A stretch of 51,051 nucleotides of DNA from an uncultured Phycisphaeraceae bacterium. Its GTDB lineage: Bacteria > Planctomycetota > B15-G4 > JADJEK01. The DNA lies in NCBI GenBank assembly GCA_964493525.1, contig CAZBOK010000001.1, positions 1 to 51,051 of the forward strand. Reading direction: 5' to 3'. A program made the translations under genes and the position numbers. This document shows positions 17,014-26,579 of this stretch, piece by piece. The notes below the pieces were generated by a model. The model was not told the origin of the DNA, did no database searches, and saw only the letters and a program-made list of their open reading frames with translations. Positions within the stretch are counted from its first letter, which is position 1; each line of letters starts with the position of its first letter.

Positions 17014-18284
17014 GCGACGCCGTGCCGGCGGCCGCGACGGCGGCGATCGAGCGCGTGTTCCGCGCGGAGTTCGGTCGCGCGGTCGCGGTCCTCGTCCGCG
17101 TGTGCGGCGACATCGATCGCGCAGAAGAGGCGGTGGCGGAAGCGTTCACCGCGGCGATCGAGAGCTGGCCGGCGAGCGGCGTCCCGCAGCATCCCGCGGC
17201 GTGGATCGTCGCGACGGCGAAGCACCGCGCGATCGATCGACTGCGCCGCGAGGCGACGCGCGACGCGCGACACGCCGCGGCCGTGAGCATGGACGAACGC
17301 GAAACGACCGGCGAGCCGCTCGACGACGGCGCGGTGCAGGACGATCGCCTGCGCTTGATCTTCACGTGCTGTCATCCGGCGTTGTCGGTCCCCGCGCAGG
17401 TCGCGCTCACGCTGCGGCTCCTGTGCGGGCTCACCACGGCGCAGATCGCGCGCGCGTTCTTCGTGCCCGAGGCGACGATGGCGCAGCGACTCGTGCGCGC
17501 GAAGGGGAAGATCACGGACGCCGGGATCCCGTACCGCGTGCCGAACGCGACCGACCTGCCGGCGCGGCTGCGCGCCGTGCTCGCGGTCGTGTACCTCGTG
17601 TTCACCGAAGGACACGCCGCGAGCGCGGGCGACGCCCTCGTGCGCGACGATCTCTGCGCGGAGGCGATCCGACTCGCGCGGCTCCTCGGCGAGCTCTTTC
17701 CGGACGAGCCGGAGGTCACCGGCTTGCTCGCGCTGATGCTGCTCGTCGACGCCCGGCGCGCGACCCGCGTCGATGCGAACGGAGCGCTCGTCCTGCTCGC
17801 CGATCAGGATCGGAGCCGCTGGGACCGCGCGCGCATCGACGAAGGCCATGCGCTGGTGCGCGAGTGCCTGCGGAGGGATCGGCCCGGTCCGTACCAGATC
17901 CAGGCCGCGATCCAGGCGGTCCACTGCGACGCGCGCACCGCCGCAGCGACGGACTGGCGGCAGATCGTGCGGCTCTACGACCAGTTGCTGGCGATCGCGC
18001 CGAGTCCGGTCGTCGCGCTGCATCGCGCCGTCGCCGTCGCCGAGGTCGACGGCGCGGAGGCGGCGCTGCGCGAGCTGGACGCCATGCCGCTCGGCGACAC
18101 GCACCGCTTCCACGCCGTGCGCGCCGATCTGCTGCGCCGGCTCGCGCGCGACGACGAGGCGCTGCGCGCTTACGGCTCCGCGATCGACGCGTGTGCGAAC
18201 GCGACCGAGCGCCGCTTCCTCGAATCGCGTCGCGACGCGCTCGCGCGGGCGCGCGGACCGACCGACGAACGAACGAAACCGTGA
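17010..18284 (+). CDS. ECF sigma factor with long C-terminal TPR-like extension (COG4941 / ECF42-like)
   Basis: ATGA overlap with the yciI-like gene. Sigma region 2 'PAAWIVATAKHRAIDRLRRE', region 4 'LTTAQIARAFFVPEATMAQRLVRAKGKI', then a ~230-aa helical extension. Confidence 0.8.
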   Translation: MSDAVPAAATAAIERVFRAEFGRAVAVLVRVCGDIDRAEEAVAEAFTAAIESWPASGVPQHPAAWIVATAKHRAIDRLRREATRDARHAAAVSMDERETTGEPLDDGAVQDDRLRLIFTCCHPALSVPAQVALTLRLLCGLTTAQIARAFFVPEATMAQRLVRAKGKITDAGIPYRVPNATDLPARLRAVLAVVYLVFTEGHAASAGDALVRDDLCAEAIRLARLLGELFPDEPEVTGLLALMLLVDARRATRVDANGALVLLADQDRSRWDRARIDEGHALVRECLRRDRPGPYQIQAAIQAVHCDARTAAATDWRQIVRLYDQLLAIAPSPVVALHRAVAVAEVDGAEAALRELDAMPLGDTHRFHAVRADLLRRLARDDEALRAYGSAIDACANATERRFLESRRDALARARGPTDERTKP

Positions 18285-18295
18285 CGGAGACGACC

Positions 18296-18853
18296 ATGCG
18301 GACCACGACGACGATCGCGATCCTCTGCTGCGCGCTGACCGGCCTCGCCGCCGCGACGGCCGGCGACCCCGCGCGCGCCGCTTCCGCGAACCCGGCGGCC
18401 GCGCGCGTCGAGGCGATGAAGAAGCTCGACCGCTGGGTCGGCGAATGGAAGGGCTCGGGCTGGTCGTCCACGCCCACCGGCGCCCGCGTGGAGTTCGATC
18501 AGGTCGAGACGGTGGAGCGGAGAGTCGGCGGCACCGTCCTGCTCGTCGGGGGGAAGAGCACGACGCGCGGCGACGGCGCGGGCGTCGCGCACGACGGAAT
18601 CGTGCTGGTGTCGTTCGACGACAAGACCGGGCGCTACCGGTGGCACGGGCACGACCTCGCGCGCGGCGTCACCGACGCGGAGGTCACGCTGACCGAGCGC
18701 GGCTTCCAGTGGTGCGTGCCGGTCGGCGAAGGCGGCGCCGTGGTCCGCTTCACGATCGAGCTCGACGAGAAGCACTGGCACGAAGTCGGCGAGGTGCGCA
18801 TGGGCGCCGCCGCGTGGTCGCAGTTCATGACGACCGACCTCGAGCGGCAGTGA
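18296..18853 (+). CDS. Secreted DUF1579-like protein
   Basis: Signal 'MRTTTTIAILCCALTGLAAATA'. 'LDRWVGEWKGSGW'. RBS GGAG. GTG 18281 (GTGA overlap) is an alternative start. Confidence 0.6.
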   Translation: MRTTTTIAILCCALTGLAAATAGDPARAASANPAAARVEAMKKLDRWVGEWKGSGWSSTPTGARVEFDQVETVERRVGGTVLLVGGKSTTRGDGAGVAHDGIVLVSFDDKTGRYRWHGHDLARGVTDAEVTLTERGFQWCVPVGEGGAVVRFTIELDEKHWHEVGEVRMGAAAWSQFMTTDLERQ

Positions 18854-19428
18854 GCGCGCACGAAGGCCGCCGCCTCTTCCTCGTTCGACACGGTCGCTCG
18901 GCGCACGCGCACGCGGGATGGATCGACGCCGACGGCTTCCGCGCGTGGCGCACGGCGTACGAAGCGGCGGGGATCCTCGAGTCCGAGCGCGCGCCCGAGC
19001 ACTTGGTGCGGCTCACGGCGCGCGCGAGCCGCGTCTTCTCGAGCGATGCGCCGCGCTCGGTCGCATCGGCGCGGATGCTGGCGCCGGAGCGCGAGATCAT
19101 CGTCTCCGCGCGGTTGCGCGAGCTCGATCTCCAGGCGCCGCGGCTCGCCGGCCTGCGCCTCCCGCTCGCCGCATGGGCACTTGCCGTCGGCGCCCGCATG
19201 CTCGTCGAGACGGTGCGTCGCGCTCCTCCGTCGGCCGCCGAGGCGGCGCGCATCGACGAAGCGGCGGCCTGGCTCGACGCGGAATGCGCGGAGTCCGGCG
19301 TCGTCGTCGCCGTGACCCACGCGTCATTCCGCGCGCGGCTCGCGCGACGGCTCGTCGAGCGCGGCTGGCGCGAGGCGCATCGTGAGGGCGGCACCGCGCC
19401 GTGGAGCGCGTGGCAGTTCGAATCGTGA
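18850..19428 (+). CDS. Histidine phosphatase (phosphoglycerate-mutase-like) family protein
   Basis: GTGA overlap. N-terminal 'LFLVRHGRS' RHG motif. Confidence 0.7.
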   Translation: MSAHEGRRLFLVRHGRSAHAHAGWIDADGFRAWRTAYEAAGILESERAPEHLVRLTARASRVFSSDAPRSVASARMLAPEREIIVSARLRELDLQAPRLAGLRLPLAAWALAVGARMLVETVRRAPPSAAEAARIDEAAAWLDAECAESGVVVAVTHASFRARLARRLVERGWREAHREGGTAPWSAWQFES

Positions 19429-19516
19429 TCGTCGAGCGCCGCGTGCGCCGGCGGAAGATCGGAGCACGCGGAGATGCCGCATTGCCCGATCTCGCGCGGA
19501 TCACGATGATGCCGGC

Positions 19517-19942
19517 ATGTCGACCCGCATCGCAGCCCTCGTCGCCGTCTTGTTCGCGCTGCCCGCCGCCGATCCGCCGCCGCACCCGACCGGATGGAAG
19601 TCGGTCGAGGCGCCGATCGGGATGCTCGGCCACCGGATCGGCACCTACCACTCGATCGCGGGCGTGCGCGACGAGTCCGGCAAGGTCGGCGATCGCTCGC
19701 TGCTCGTCGACACGATCGACGGCTTCCGGCTCGAACAGCCGATCGACCTCTGGATCGAGAACCTGCCGCTCCCGAAGGGCGAGCGCTGCGAGATCCACGG
19801 CTACGAGACCGGTCGCTGGATCGGCATGCCGGACGAAGTGGCGAAGGCGGCCGGCGTTCCGTTGCAGCAGGCGGTGTGGCAGTTCCACTTCGCGTTCATC
19901 GCGACGTCGGTCGAGCAGCCGAAGGGGCTCGAGCTGAAGTAA
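19517..19942 (+). CDS. Secreted hypothetical protein
   Basis: Signal-like 'MSTRIAALVAVLFALPAA'. No motif recognised. Confidence 0.5.
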   Translation: MSTRIAALVAVLFALPAADPPPHPTGWKSVEAPIGMLGHRIGTYHSIAGVRDESGKVGDRSLLVDTIDGFRLEQPIDLWIENLPLPKGERCEIHGYETGRWIGMPDEVAKAAGVPLQQAVWQFHFAFIATSVEQPKGLELK

Positions 19943-20089
19943 GCGGACGGGACCCCCCGCGGCCGCTGCATCTCGAAGTGGGCGAACTCGGATCACGCAG
20001 GGCGGCGGCGCGGCCGGAGACGACACTGCGGGCGTGGCGTCGCCTCGCGCACGTTGTGACGAACGCGATGCGTTGACGGGGAAGGTTCG

Positions 20090-21508
20090 ATGCGTTCCGG
20101 ATTGCGCGATCGACTTTGCTGTGCGGCGCTGCTCGCCGTCGTCGGCGCGTGCACCGCTCCGACGTCCGAGACCGACGGGTCGCGGGAGCAGAGAGCCGCT
20201 CTCGACGGGACCTGGAAGTCGGACGGCTACGGATACGTGGTCGTGGCGACGGCGGACCAACTGCAGACCTACGAGGTCACCGAGACGACGTGCGTCCGAT
20301 CGTTCGTCGCGAAGAAGCGCGCGGACGCCGTGCCCGGCGTCGACGCGGCGTACGCCGTGGACGATCAGGTCCTCCTGTTGACGCTGGCCGCGGATCGAAA
20401 CGAGATGCGCATCCACGCCGAAGGCGCGGCGTCGGACGTGGTCTTCCATTGCCTCGCCGATCGGCCCCCGCTCCTCGACGCGCAGACTCCGGACACGCCG
20501 GCGGGCAACTTCGAGGTGTTCGCTCGGACCTGGAGCGAGCACTACATCCTGTTCGACGAGAAGCACGTCGACTGGTCCGCCGTGGTCGAGAGAGCGCGCG
20601 CCAAGGTCACGCCGGCGACGACTCCGGACGAGCTGTTCGAGATCTTCGCGGGGATGATCGCGCCGTTCGAAGACGCGCACACGATGATCGCGGCCGAGCC
20701 GATCGAGCGGCGGTTCCGCAGCCTCCGCGCCGGGACCGACCGGGTGGCGAAGCACGGCCTCGACGACTTCATGACCAAGGACCTGCCGGCGATCCATGCC
20801 GTCACCGACGCTCGGCTCGTGGGCCCAATGCAGAAGTTCTGCGGCGACCGGATCCACTATGGCCATCTCGACGATTCGACCGGCTACCTCCGGATCCTCG
20901 GCGAAGGCGGCTACACGGCGGACGGAGGCTTCGCGACCGGGCTGGTCGCTCTCGAGTCGGCGCTCGACGCGATCTTCGGCGATCCGAAACTCGAGCGGCT
21001 CGTGATCGACGTGCGGATCAACGGCGGCGGCGCCGATCCCTACGGGCTCGCGCTCGCGGCGCGGCTCGCGACGACGGAGTATGTCGCGTACTCGAAAGAG
21101 GCGCGGAACGACCCGGTCGATCGTCGCAAATGGACGCGCGGACAGCCGAGCATCGTGCGACCGAGCACGCGACCGTCGTTCCACGGACCGGTCGTGGAGC
21201 TCACCGGTCCGTTGACGATCAGCGCGGGCGAGACCTTGACGCAGGCGCTGATGGGTCGGACGCCGAAGGTGGTGCGCATCGGCGAGAACACGCAGGGTGT
21301 CTTCTCGGACGTCCTGGTCCGCACGCTGCCGAACGGCTGGCGCTTCGGTCTGCCGAACGAAGTGTTCCGCACGTCGGATGGCAAGACCTTCGACGGGCCG
21401 GGAATCCCGCCGGACATCACGGTGCCCGTGTTCGCGGACGACGACCTCGCGGCCGGACGAGATCCCGCGCTCGAGCGCGCGCGGATCGAGCTCTCGAAGC
21501 AGCGGTAG
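20090..21508 (+). CDS. Lipoprotein S41-family peptidase
   Basis: Lipobox 'LAVVGAC'. 'VIDVRINGGGADPYG','LTGPLTISAGETLTQALMG'. Confidence 0.65.
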   Translation: MRSGLRDRLCCAALLAVVGACTAPTSETDGSREQRAALDGTWKSDGYGYVVVATADQLQTYEVTETTCVRSFVAKKRADAVPGVDAAYAVDDQVLLLTLAADRNEMRIHAEGAASDVVFHCLADRPPLLDAQTPDTPAGNFEVFARTWSEHYILFDEKHVDWSAVVERARAKVTPATTPDELFEIFAGMIAPFEDAHTMIAAEPIERRFRSLRAGTDRVAKHGLDDFMTKDLPAIHAVTDARLVGPMQKFCGDRIHYGHLDDSTGYLRILGEGGYTADGGFATGLVALESALDAIFGDPKLERLVIDVRINGGGADPYGLALAARLATTEYVAYSKEARNDPVDRRKWTRGQPSIVRPSTRPSFHGPVVELTGPLTISAGETLTQALMGRTPKVVRIGENTQGVFSDVLVRTLPNGWRFGLPNEVFRTSDGKTFDGPGIPPDITVPVFADDDLAAGRDPALERARIELSKQR

Positions 21509-21563
21509 GCCGCGTGGCGGGTGCAACAGGGCGTGGCGCAGTGCGGCGCACGGAGAATCATCG

Positions 21564-21968
21564 ATGACGGACGTCGTCTCCCCGAAGCAGATCGCGGCCT
21601 CCCTCGCCGAGCTCTGGTCACCGCGTGTCGTGGCCGAGCTGGACGACTCGTACGTCAAGGTCGCCAAGGTCCACGGCACTCTCGCGTGGCACGATCACGA
21701 GAGCGAGGACGAGCTGTTCCTGGTGTTGAAGGGCTCGCTGAAGATCGAGATGGAAGATCGCACGGTCGTGCTCCGCGAAGGCGAGCTGTTCGTCGTCCCG
21801 AAAGGCGTGCGGCACAATCCGGTCGCCGAGCAAGAGTGCCACGTCCTGCTGGTCGAGAAGAAGACGACGCATCACACCGGCACCGTCGTGACGGACCAGA
21901 CGCGCAGCGTGGCCGAGCAGCTTCGGCCAATCCGCCGGTCGACGCCTCCCGGCGCTGCGATCGCGTAG
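21564..21968 (+). CDS. Cupin-domain protein
   Basis: 'GTLAWHDHESEDELFLVLKGSLKIEMED..VLREGELFVVPKGVRHNPVA'. RBS GGAG. Confidence 0.75.
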   Translation: MTDVVSPKQIAASLAELWSPRVVAELDDSYVKVAKVHGTLAWHDHESEDELFLVLKGSLKIEMEDRTVVLREGELFVVPKGVRHNPVAEQECHVLLVEKKTTHHTGTVVTDQTRSVAEQLRPIRRSTPPGAAIA

Positions 21969-22200
21969 GACGGGACGATGTCGGAGGGAGGTCCGTTCAA
22001 ACCCGGCATCCGCGGGCTGGACTTCCCGTGCGCCGTCGTGATGCTCCTCGCGTCTCTCGATGCGTGGCTCGTGAAAGGGCGGCAGTTCTCTCGGGATCCG
22101 GACCACGCGAACTCCTCGCGAGTCGGTGCGCCGCGATCGGGGACTCGTCCCGAGCGCGGGAAGTCGTGCCCGCGCCATGTGCGCGTCGCGCACGATCGGT

Positions 22201-22253
22201 CGCGCGGGAGCGTCTGGATTCGACTCGTCGCGCGCGGGAACGGCTGGATTCGA
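22201..22253 (+). repeat. Direct repeat, 2 x 23 bp with 30-bp period, upstream of the beta-helix gene
   Basis: cgcgcgggagcgtctggattcga (22201-22223) versus cgcgcgggaacggctggattcga (22231-22253), 20/23 identical. A third 'gcgcgggaag' occurs at about 22154. Confidence 0.6.
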
Positions 22254-22331
22254 GACGCGCGACGGCTCCGATCGAGTCGCCGGCGCACGGCACCTGGGTT
22301 GCCCTGCGTTGCGGACCGAAAGGAGCACCGC

Positions 22332-24341
22332 ATGGCTTCGCCCCGTACCTCGCTCGCATTCGCCGTCGTCCTCGGCTGCCCGCTCGCGTCGTTCGCGCAG
22401 AGCATCTTCGTCGACACGTCGGCGGACGTCGTCGACTTCGGCGGCGCTCAGACCGTGGCGGATCTCCCGGGCCCCGACGGCAAGATCTCGCTCGCGGAGG
22501 CGGGTCTTGCCTCCGACCACACGCCCGGCGTGCAGACGATCGGCTTCCACGTCCCGCCGGCCGATTGGCAATACCAGCAGTTCTTCCCGGGCCGCGTCGT
22601 GCTGCGCCCGTTCCTCGGCTTCCGCATGTTCGACACCGCGATCCTCGACGGCACCACGCAGACCGCGTTCACGGGCGAGACGAATCCGAACGGCGGCGCC
22701 GAGGTCGTGATCTGGGCCGAGACCTATCTCATCGACAGCGTCGGCGGAGCGATCCTCGGACTCGACGGCTCCGGCCTCCACCTGAGCGGCGGGTCGAACA
22801 ACGTCGTGCGCTCGAACACGAATTGCGGGATTGAGGTGTTCGACTCGAACTCGAACGTGATCGGCGGAACGAACCCGGGCGACGGCAACGTCGGCCCCGG
22901 CGTGATCCAGATCGACCGCGCGAACGACAACATCGTGATCGGCAACACCGCGAGTCGCGTTCGCGTGCTCGGTTGGTTCGCGGGCGGTCAACCGGCGACG
23001 AACAACAGGATCGGCGGCAAGACGCTCGCCGAGCGCAACCACGTACTCGGCTCCGGCACGCTGAACAGCGAGGGGATCCCGTCCGGATACGCGCTGCAAC
23101 TGTTCGACACGCAAGGCACCGTGATCGAGAACGACTGGATCGGAATGTCGGTCGATGGACTCGCGCAGGGCCATCAATGGACGACGACCGGCATCTGGTT
23201 CGACGGCGAGAATCGCGACGTCATCGTGCGCGAGAACCGCGTCGCCGGCGTCCGCGCGCTCGCGGTGCCGTCGCACGGGCCGAGCTTTTACATGGGCACG
23301 GCGATCTCGATCACCGGCACCGGCGCCGGCGTGATCATGACGGGCAACCAGATCGGCCTCGACGCGAACGACCAGCCAACGCTCGGCAGCGTCACGGGCA
23401 TCGCGACCGCGAACTACTACCTCGGCCCGCTGACCGGCCTCGTGATCGGCGGCATCGGCGCCGGCGAAGGCAACGAGATCGCCGGCCACCTCGGCGCCGG
23501 GATCACCCTCGCGAACTCGTACTCCGGCGTCTCGATCCGCGGCAACTCGATCCACGACGACGGCGGCCTGGGCATCGACCTGGTCGCCGCCTCCTTCGCG
23601 ACCGGCGTCACGCCGAACGACCCGCTCGACGCCGACGCCGGCGCGAACGGCCTGCAGAACTTCCCGGTGATCGCGTCCGCCACGCGCCAGGGCGGCGTCG
23701 TCCGCATCGTCGGTTCGCTCGCGTCGAGCGCAGCGGAATCGTTCACGCTCGACTTCTACGCGTCGCCGCAATGCGATCCGTCCGGCTTCGGAGAGGGGCA
23801 GATCTACATCGGTGCGACGAGCGTGACGACGGACGCGGCCGGCAACGCGGCGATCGACGTGACGCTGCCCGCAGCATTCGCCGATGGTTTCGCGTCGACC
23901 GCGACCGCGACGCGCGCGCAGGACGGTTCGACCTCCGAGTTCTCGGCGTGCGTGCCGATCACCGGTTCGGGCGCGACCTGGACCGACCTCGGGTTCGGCC
24001 TCGCCGGCCTCGCCGGCGTGCCGCATCTCGCCGGGTTCGGAACGCTCGGCGCCGGCTCGACGCTGAACTGGTCCCTCAGCGGTGCGCGGCCCTTCGCGAC
24101 CGCGTGGCTCGTCGCCGGCCTCGGCCAGCTCCACCTGCCGTTCGCGGGCGGCGTTCTCGTGCCGACGCCCGACGTGGTCGTGCCGTTCGTGATCGACGCG
24201 GCCGGCGCACTCGACGTCGTACTGTTCCTCCCGTCGGCGTTGCCGCCGGGAACCACGGTGACGGTGCAGGATTGGCTGATCGATCCGGCGGCAGTCGCTG
24301 GTTTCGCGGCGTCGAACTCGATCGCGCGAACCGCACCGTGA
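22332..24341 (+). CDS. Secreted right-handed parallel beta-helix repeat protein with shared C-terminal module
   Basis: RBS AAAGGAG. Signal 'MASPRTSLAFAVVLGCPLASFAQS'. Repeats such as 'NNVVRSNTNCGIEVFDSNSNVIGG','NDNIVIGN','GVSIRGNSIHDDGGLGIDL'. Confidence 0.75.
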   Translation: MASPRTSLAFAVVLGCPLASFAQSIFVDTSADVVDFGGAQTVADLPGPDGKISLAEAGLASDHTPGVQTIGFHVPPADWQYQQFFPGRVVLRPFLGFRMFDTAILDGTTQTAFTGETNPNGGAEVVIWAETYLIDSVGGAILGLDGSGLHLSGGSNNVVRSNTNCGIEVFDSNSNVIGGTNPGDGNVGPGVIQIDRANDNIVIGNTASRVRVLGWFAGGQPATNNRIGGKTLAERNHVLGSGTLNSEGIPSGYALQLFDTQGTVIENDWIGMSVDGLAQGHQWTTTGIWFDGENRDVIVRENRVAGVRALAVPSHGPSFYMGTAISITGTGAGVIMTGNQIGLDANDQPTLGSVTGIATANYYLGPLTGLVIGGIGAGEGNEIAGHLGAGITLANSYSGVSIRGNSIHDDGGLGIDLVAASFATGVTPNDPLDADAGANGLQNFPVIASATRQGGVVRIVGSLASSAAESFTLDFYASPQCDPSGFGEGQIYIGATSVTTDAAGNAAIDVTLPAAFADGFASTATATRAQDGSTSEFSACVPITGSGATWTDLGFGLAGLAGVPHLAGFGTLGAGSTLNWSLSGARPFATAWLVAGLGQLHLPFAGGVLVPTPDVVVPFVIDAAGALDVVLFLPSALPPGTTVTVQDWLIDPAAVAGFAASNSIARTAP

Positions 24342-24414
24342 TCGGCCGCGGGTAGACGCTGGCGTCCGGTCGCGGCGCGGGGAGAATCGGACTCGCCCAT
24401 TCCCGGAGAACACG

Positions 24415-24897
24415 ATGCGAACCGCACTGCTTTCGATGTCCGTGCCCCTCGCGATCCTGGTCGGACTGCTCGCGCCGGAGCCGAAGAAGAAAGCGCCGAA
24501 GCCGGACGTCGGGAACGGCCGCGTCGCGTGGTTCGACATCACCACCACGAACATGGCCAAGTCGCGCGAGTTCTACGGCAAGCTCTTCGACTGGAAGTTC
24601 AACGGTCTCGAAGGGATGGAGGACATCGCCGCCGAGATCGTCGCCGCCGACGTCTCGATCGGGACGCTGCGCCGCGCGGAAGGCTCGATCAGCCCGTACG
24701 ACGGCGTCGTGTACATCCAGGTGACCGACATCGAGGAGAGCTGCAAGAAGGCGACGGAGCTGGGCGCGAAGATGGTGCCCGGATTCCCGTTCGACCTCGA
24801 CGACGAGCGCGGGGCGATCGGCCTCTTCACGGATCCCGCGGGACATCCGATGGGGATGTACTCGCGCACGCCGATCAAGAAGTCGCCCGGGAAGTGA
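24415..24897 (+). CDS. VOC/glyoxalase-family protein with N-terminal anchor
   Basis: 'VAWFDITTTNMAKSREFYGKLFDWKF...GLFTDPAGHPMGMY'. Confidence 0.75.
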   Translation: MRTALLSMSVPLAILVGLLAPEPKKKAPKPDVGNGRVAWFDITTTNMAKSREFYGKLFDWKFNGLEGMEDIAAEIVAADVSIGTLRRAEGSISPYDGVVYIQVTDIEESCKKATELGAKMVPGFPFDLDDERGAIGLFTDPAGHPMGMYSRTPIKKSPGK

Positions 24898-24913
24898 TCG
24901 CGGCGGGCGGAGC

Positions 24914-25408
24914 ATGAAAGCCGGCAACAAGCGCGTCGCCGTCGAACCGACGCTTCGGGTTCGCGTGCGGTGCACCGAGCTTCCCGGCGTCCGGTTCGAC
25001 GACCGCGGGAACCAGCCGCCCGTCGTTCGGGAACCGGTGCACCTCGGGATCCAGCGCGGCACGGAGGTGATCGACATGGTGCCCGCGAGCGGCGGCACTG
25101 CGGAGTTCACCGCCGAGTTCCGCGTCGGCAAGAAGGCCGACGGATCGCCGAACTTCCTCGGGCCGTTCGCGCAGGGCGGCGCGTCGGATCGCTTCTTCTA
25201 TCTGTCGTGGGGGACGAAGCGCCGCGACGGCGGCTTCGACATGTTCCGCCGGTTGAAGATCCGGCTCGGCCACCTGCGCTGGCCCGCGATCCGCCGCGCG
25301 ATCGAGAACGACGAGCCGCTGGTCGTCACGCTGCGGCTGACCGACGCGAAGGGCGCCCCGCTCTGCGCCACGCCGCCGGCGACGCACGTCGCGTGGGAGT
25401 CGGCCTGA
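24914..25408 (+). CDS. Conserved hypothetical protein (possibly DUF5990-like)
   Basis: Good coding statistics. 'FYLSWG' segment. The family assignment is from memory only. Confidence 0.5.
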   Translation: MKAGNKRVAVEPTLRVRVRCTELPGVRFDDRGNQPPVVREPVHLGIQRGTEVIDMVPASGGTAEFTAEFRVGKKADGSPNFLGPFAQGGASDRFFYLSWGTKRRDGGFDMFRRLKIRLGHLRWPAIRRAIENDEPLVVTLRLTDAKGAPLCATPPATHVAWESA

Positions 25409-25430
25409 CGCGCGCGCGTCGCTCGCGGCG

Positions 25431-25970
25431 CTACGAGCGCGTCAGCTTCACGCGTGCGAACGGCGAGAGCTTTCCGTTCGACTCGTTGTCGATCGTCCAC
25501 GACCACTCGTCGCGCGCGCGGTCATACGCGAACGTCGTGCGGATCCCGCCGCCGGCTCCGGTGAACACGAACGGGATCGCGTCGGTCGCCGGTTTCGCGC
25601 GGCCGACGCCGTCCATCGAGAAGGTCGGCGCCGCGGTGTTGTCGAGCCACAGGCACGACGTCTCGCCCGCGTTCGGATCCCACACGACGTGGACGATGGC
25701 CTCATAACGCGGCTTGCCGTCGGCGTCGCGCTCGCGCGAGACCTCGTGGATCTGCACGTACTCGCGGTTCAGCACCCAGAACGCGTCGACGTCGTGCGTC
25801 GTCTCCTCGTTCGCAATCGTGCCGCGCAGCACCCAGTGGCCGGTCATCCGGTCGAGCAGCTCACGGTGCGGATCGGACTCCGGCGAAGGCGCGAGCGGCT
25901 TCGGCACGGACGGCGCCGCGCACGCCGCGGACAGCGAGAGGACGAGGAGCGGAGCGAACACTTGGCGCAT
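25431..25970 (-). CDS. DUF1579-like lipoprotein
   Basis: Lipobox 'LSLSAAC'. 'LDRMTGHWVLRG'. Paralogous in style to 18296..18853. Confidence 0.6.
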   Translation of the reverse strand: MRQVFAPLLVLSLSAACAAPSVPKPLAPSPESDPHRELLDRMTGHWVLRGTIANEETTHDVDAFWVLNREYVQIHEVSRERDADGKPRYEAIVHVVWDPNAGETSCLWLDNTAAPTFSMDGVGRAKPATDAIPFVFTGAGGGIRTTFAYDRARDEWSWTIDNESNGKLSPFARVKLTRS

Positions 25971-26081
25971 GGATCGACCCTCCCGGGCTCCGGCGGATGC
26001 CGACGTCGCGGCGCAAGGTTAGATTCTCGGCCCGCAGAAGTGACGAACAGCCGTGCGACGAATCCGCGACGAGAGGCACCG

Positions 26082-26579
26082 ATGACCCGCGACACGAACC
26101 CGCGTCGATCGACGCGCTCCGCGCGAAGCCGCCGGCGCATCGCCCCGAAGCGGCCCGCGCTGCTCGCGGGCGGCAACCCGCAGATCGCGAAGGGCGACGG
26201 CGACGCTCCGGTGCAGGCGTGGATCGCCGCGCTGCCGGGATGGAAGCAGGACGTCGCGCGCCGGCTCGACGCGTTGATCACGCGCGCCGTGCCCCACGTG
26301 CGCAAGGCGGTGAAGTGGAACTCGCCGTTCTACGGCATCGACGGCCACGGCTGGTTCGTCGGCCTGCACGCGTTCACGGCCTTCATCAAGGCGATGTTCT
26401 TCCGCGGCACGCTGCTGAAGCCGACGCCGCCCGGCGGCAAGGGGAAGGACGCGCGCTGGATCGACGTGCACGAGGACGATCTCGACGCGGCGCAGATGAC
26501 CGCGTGGGTGAAGCGGGCGGCGACGCTGCCGGGCTGGGTGACGTCGGACATCGGTGTAGGATCCGCGCGCAAGCGATGA
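26082..26579 (+). CDS. DUF1801 domain protein
   Basis: 'VKWNSPFYGIDGHGWFVGLHAFTAFIKAMFFRG'. RBS GAGAGG. Confidence 0.7.
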   Translation: MTRDTNPRRSTRSARSRRRIAPKRPALLAGGNPQIAKGDGDAPVQAWIAALPGWKQDVARRLDALITRAVPHVRKAVKWNSPFYGIDGHGWFVGLHAFTAFIKAMFFRGTLLKPTPPGGKGKDARWIDVHEDDLDAAQMTAWVKRAATLPGWVTSDIGVGSARKR

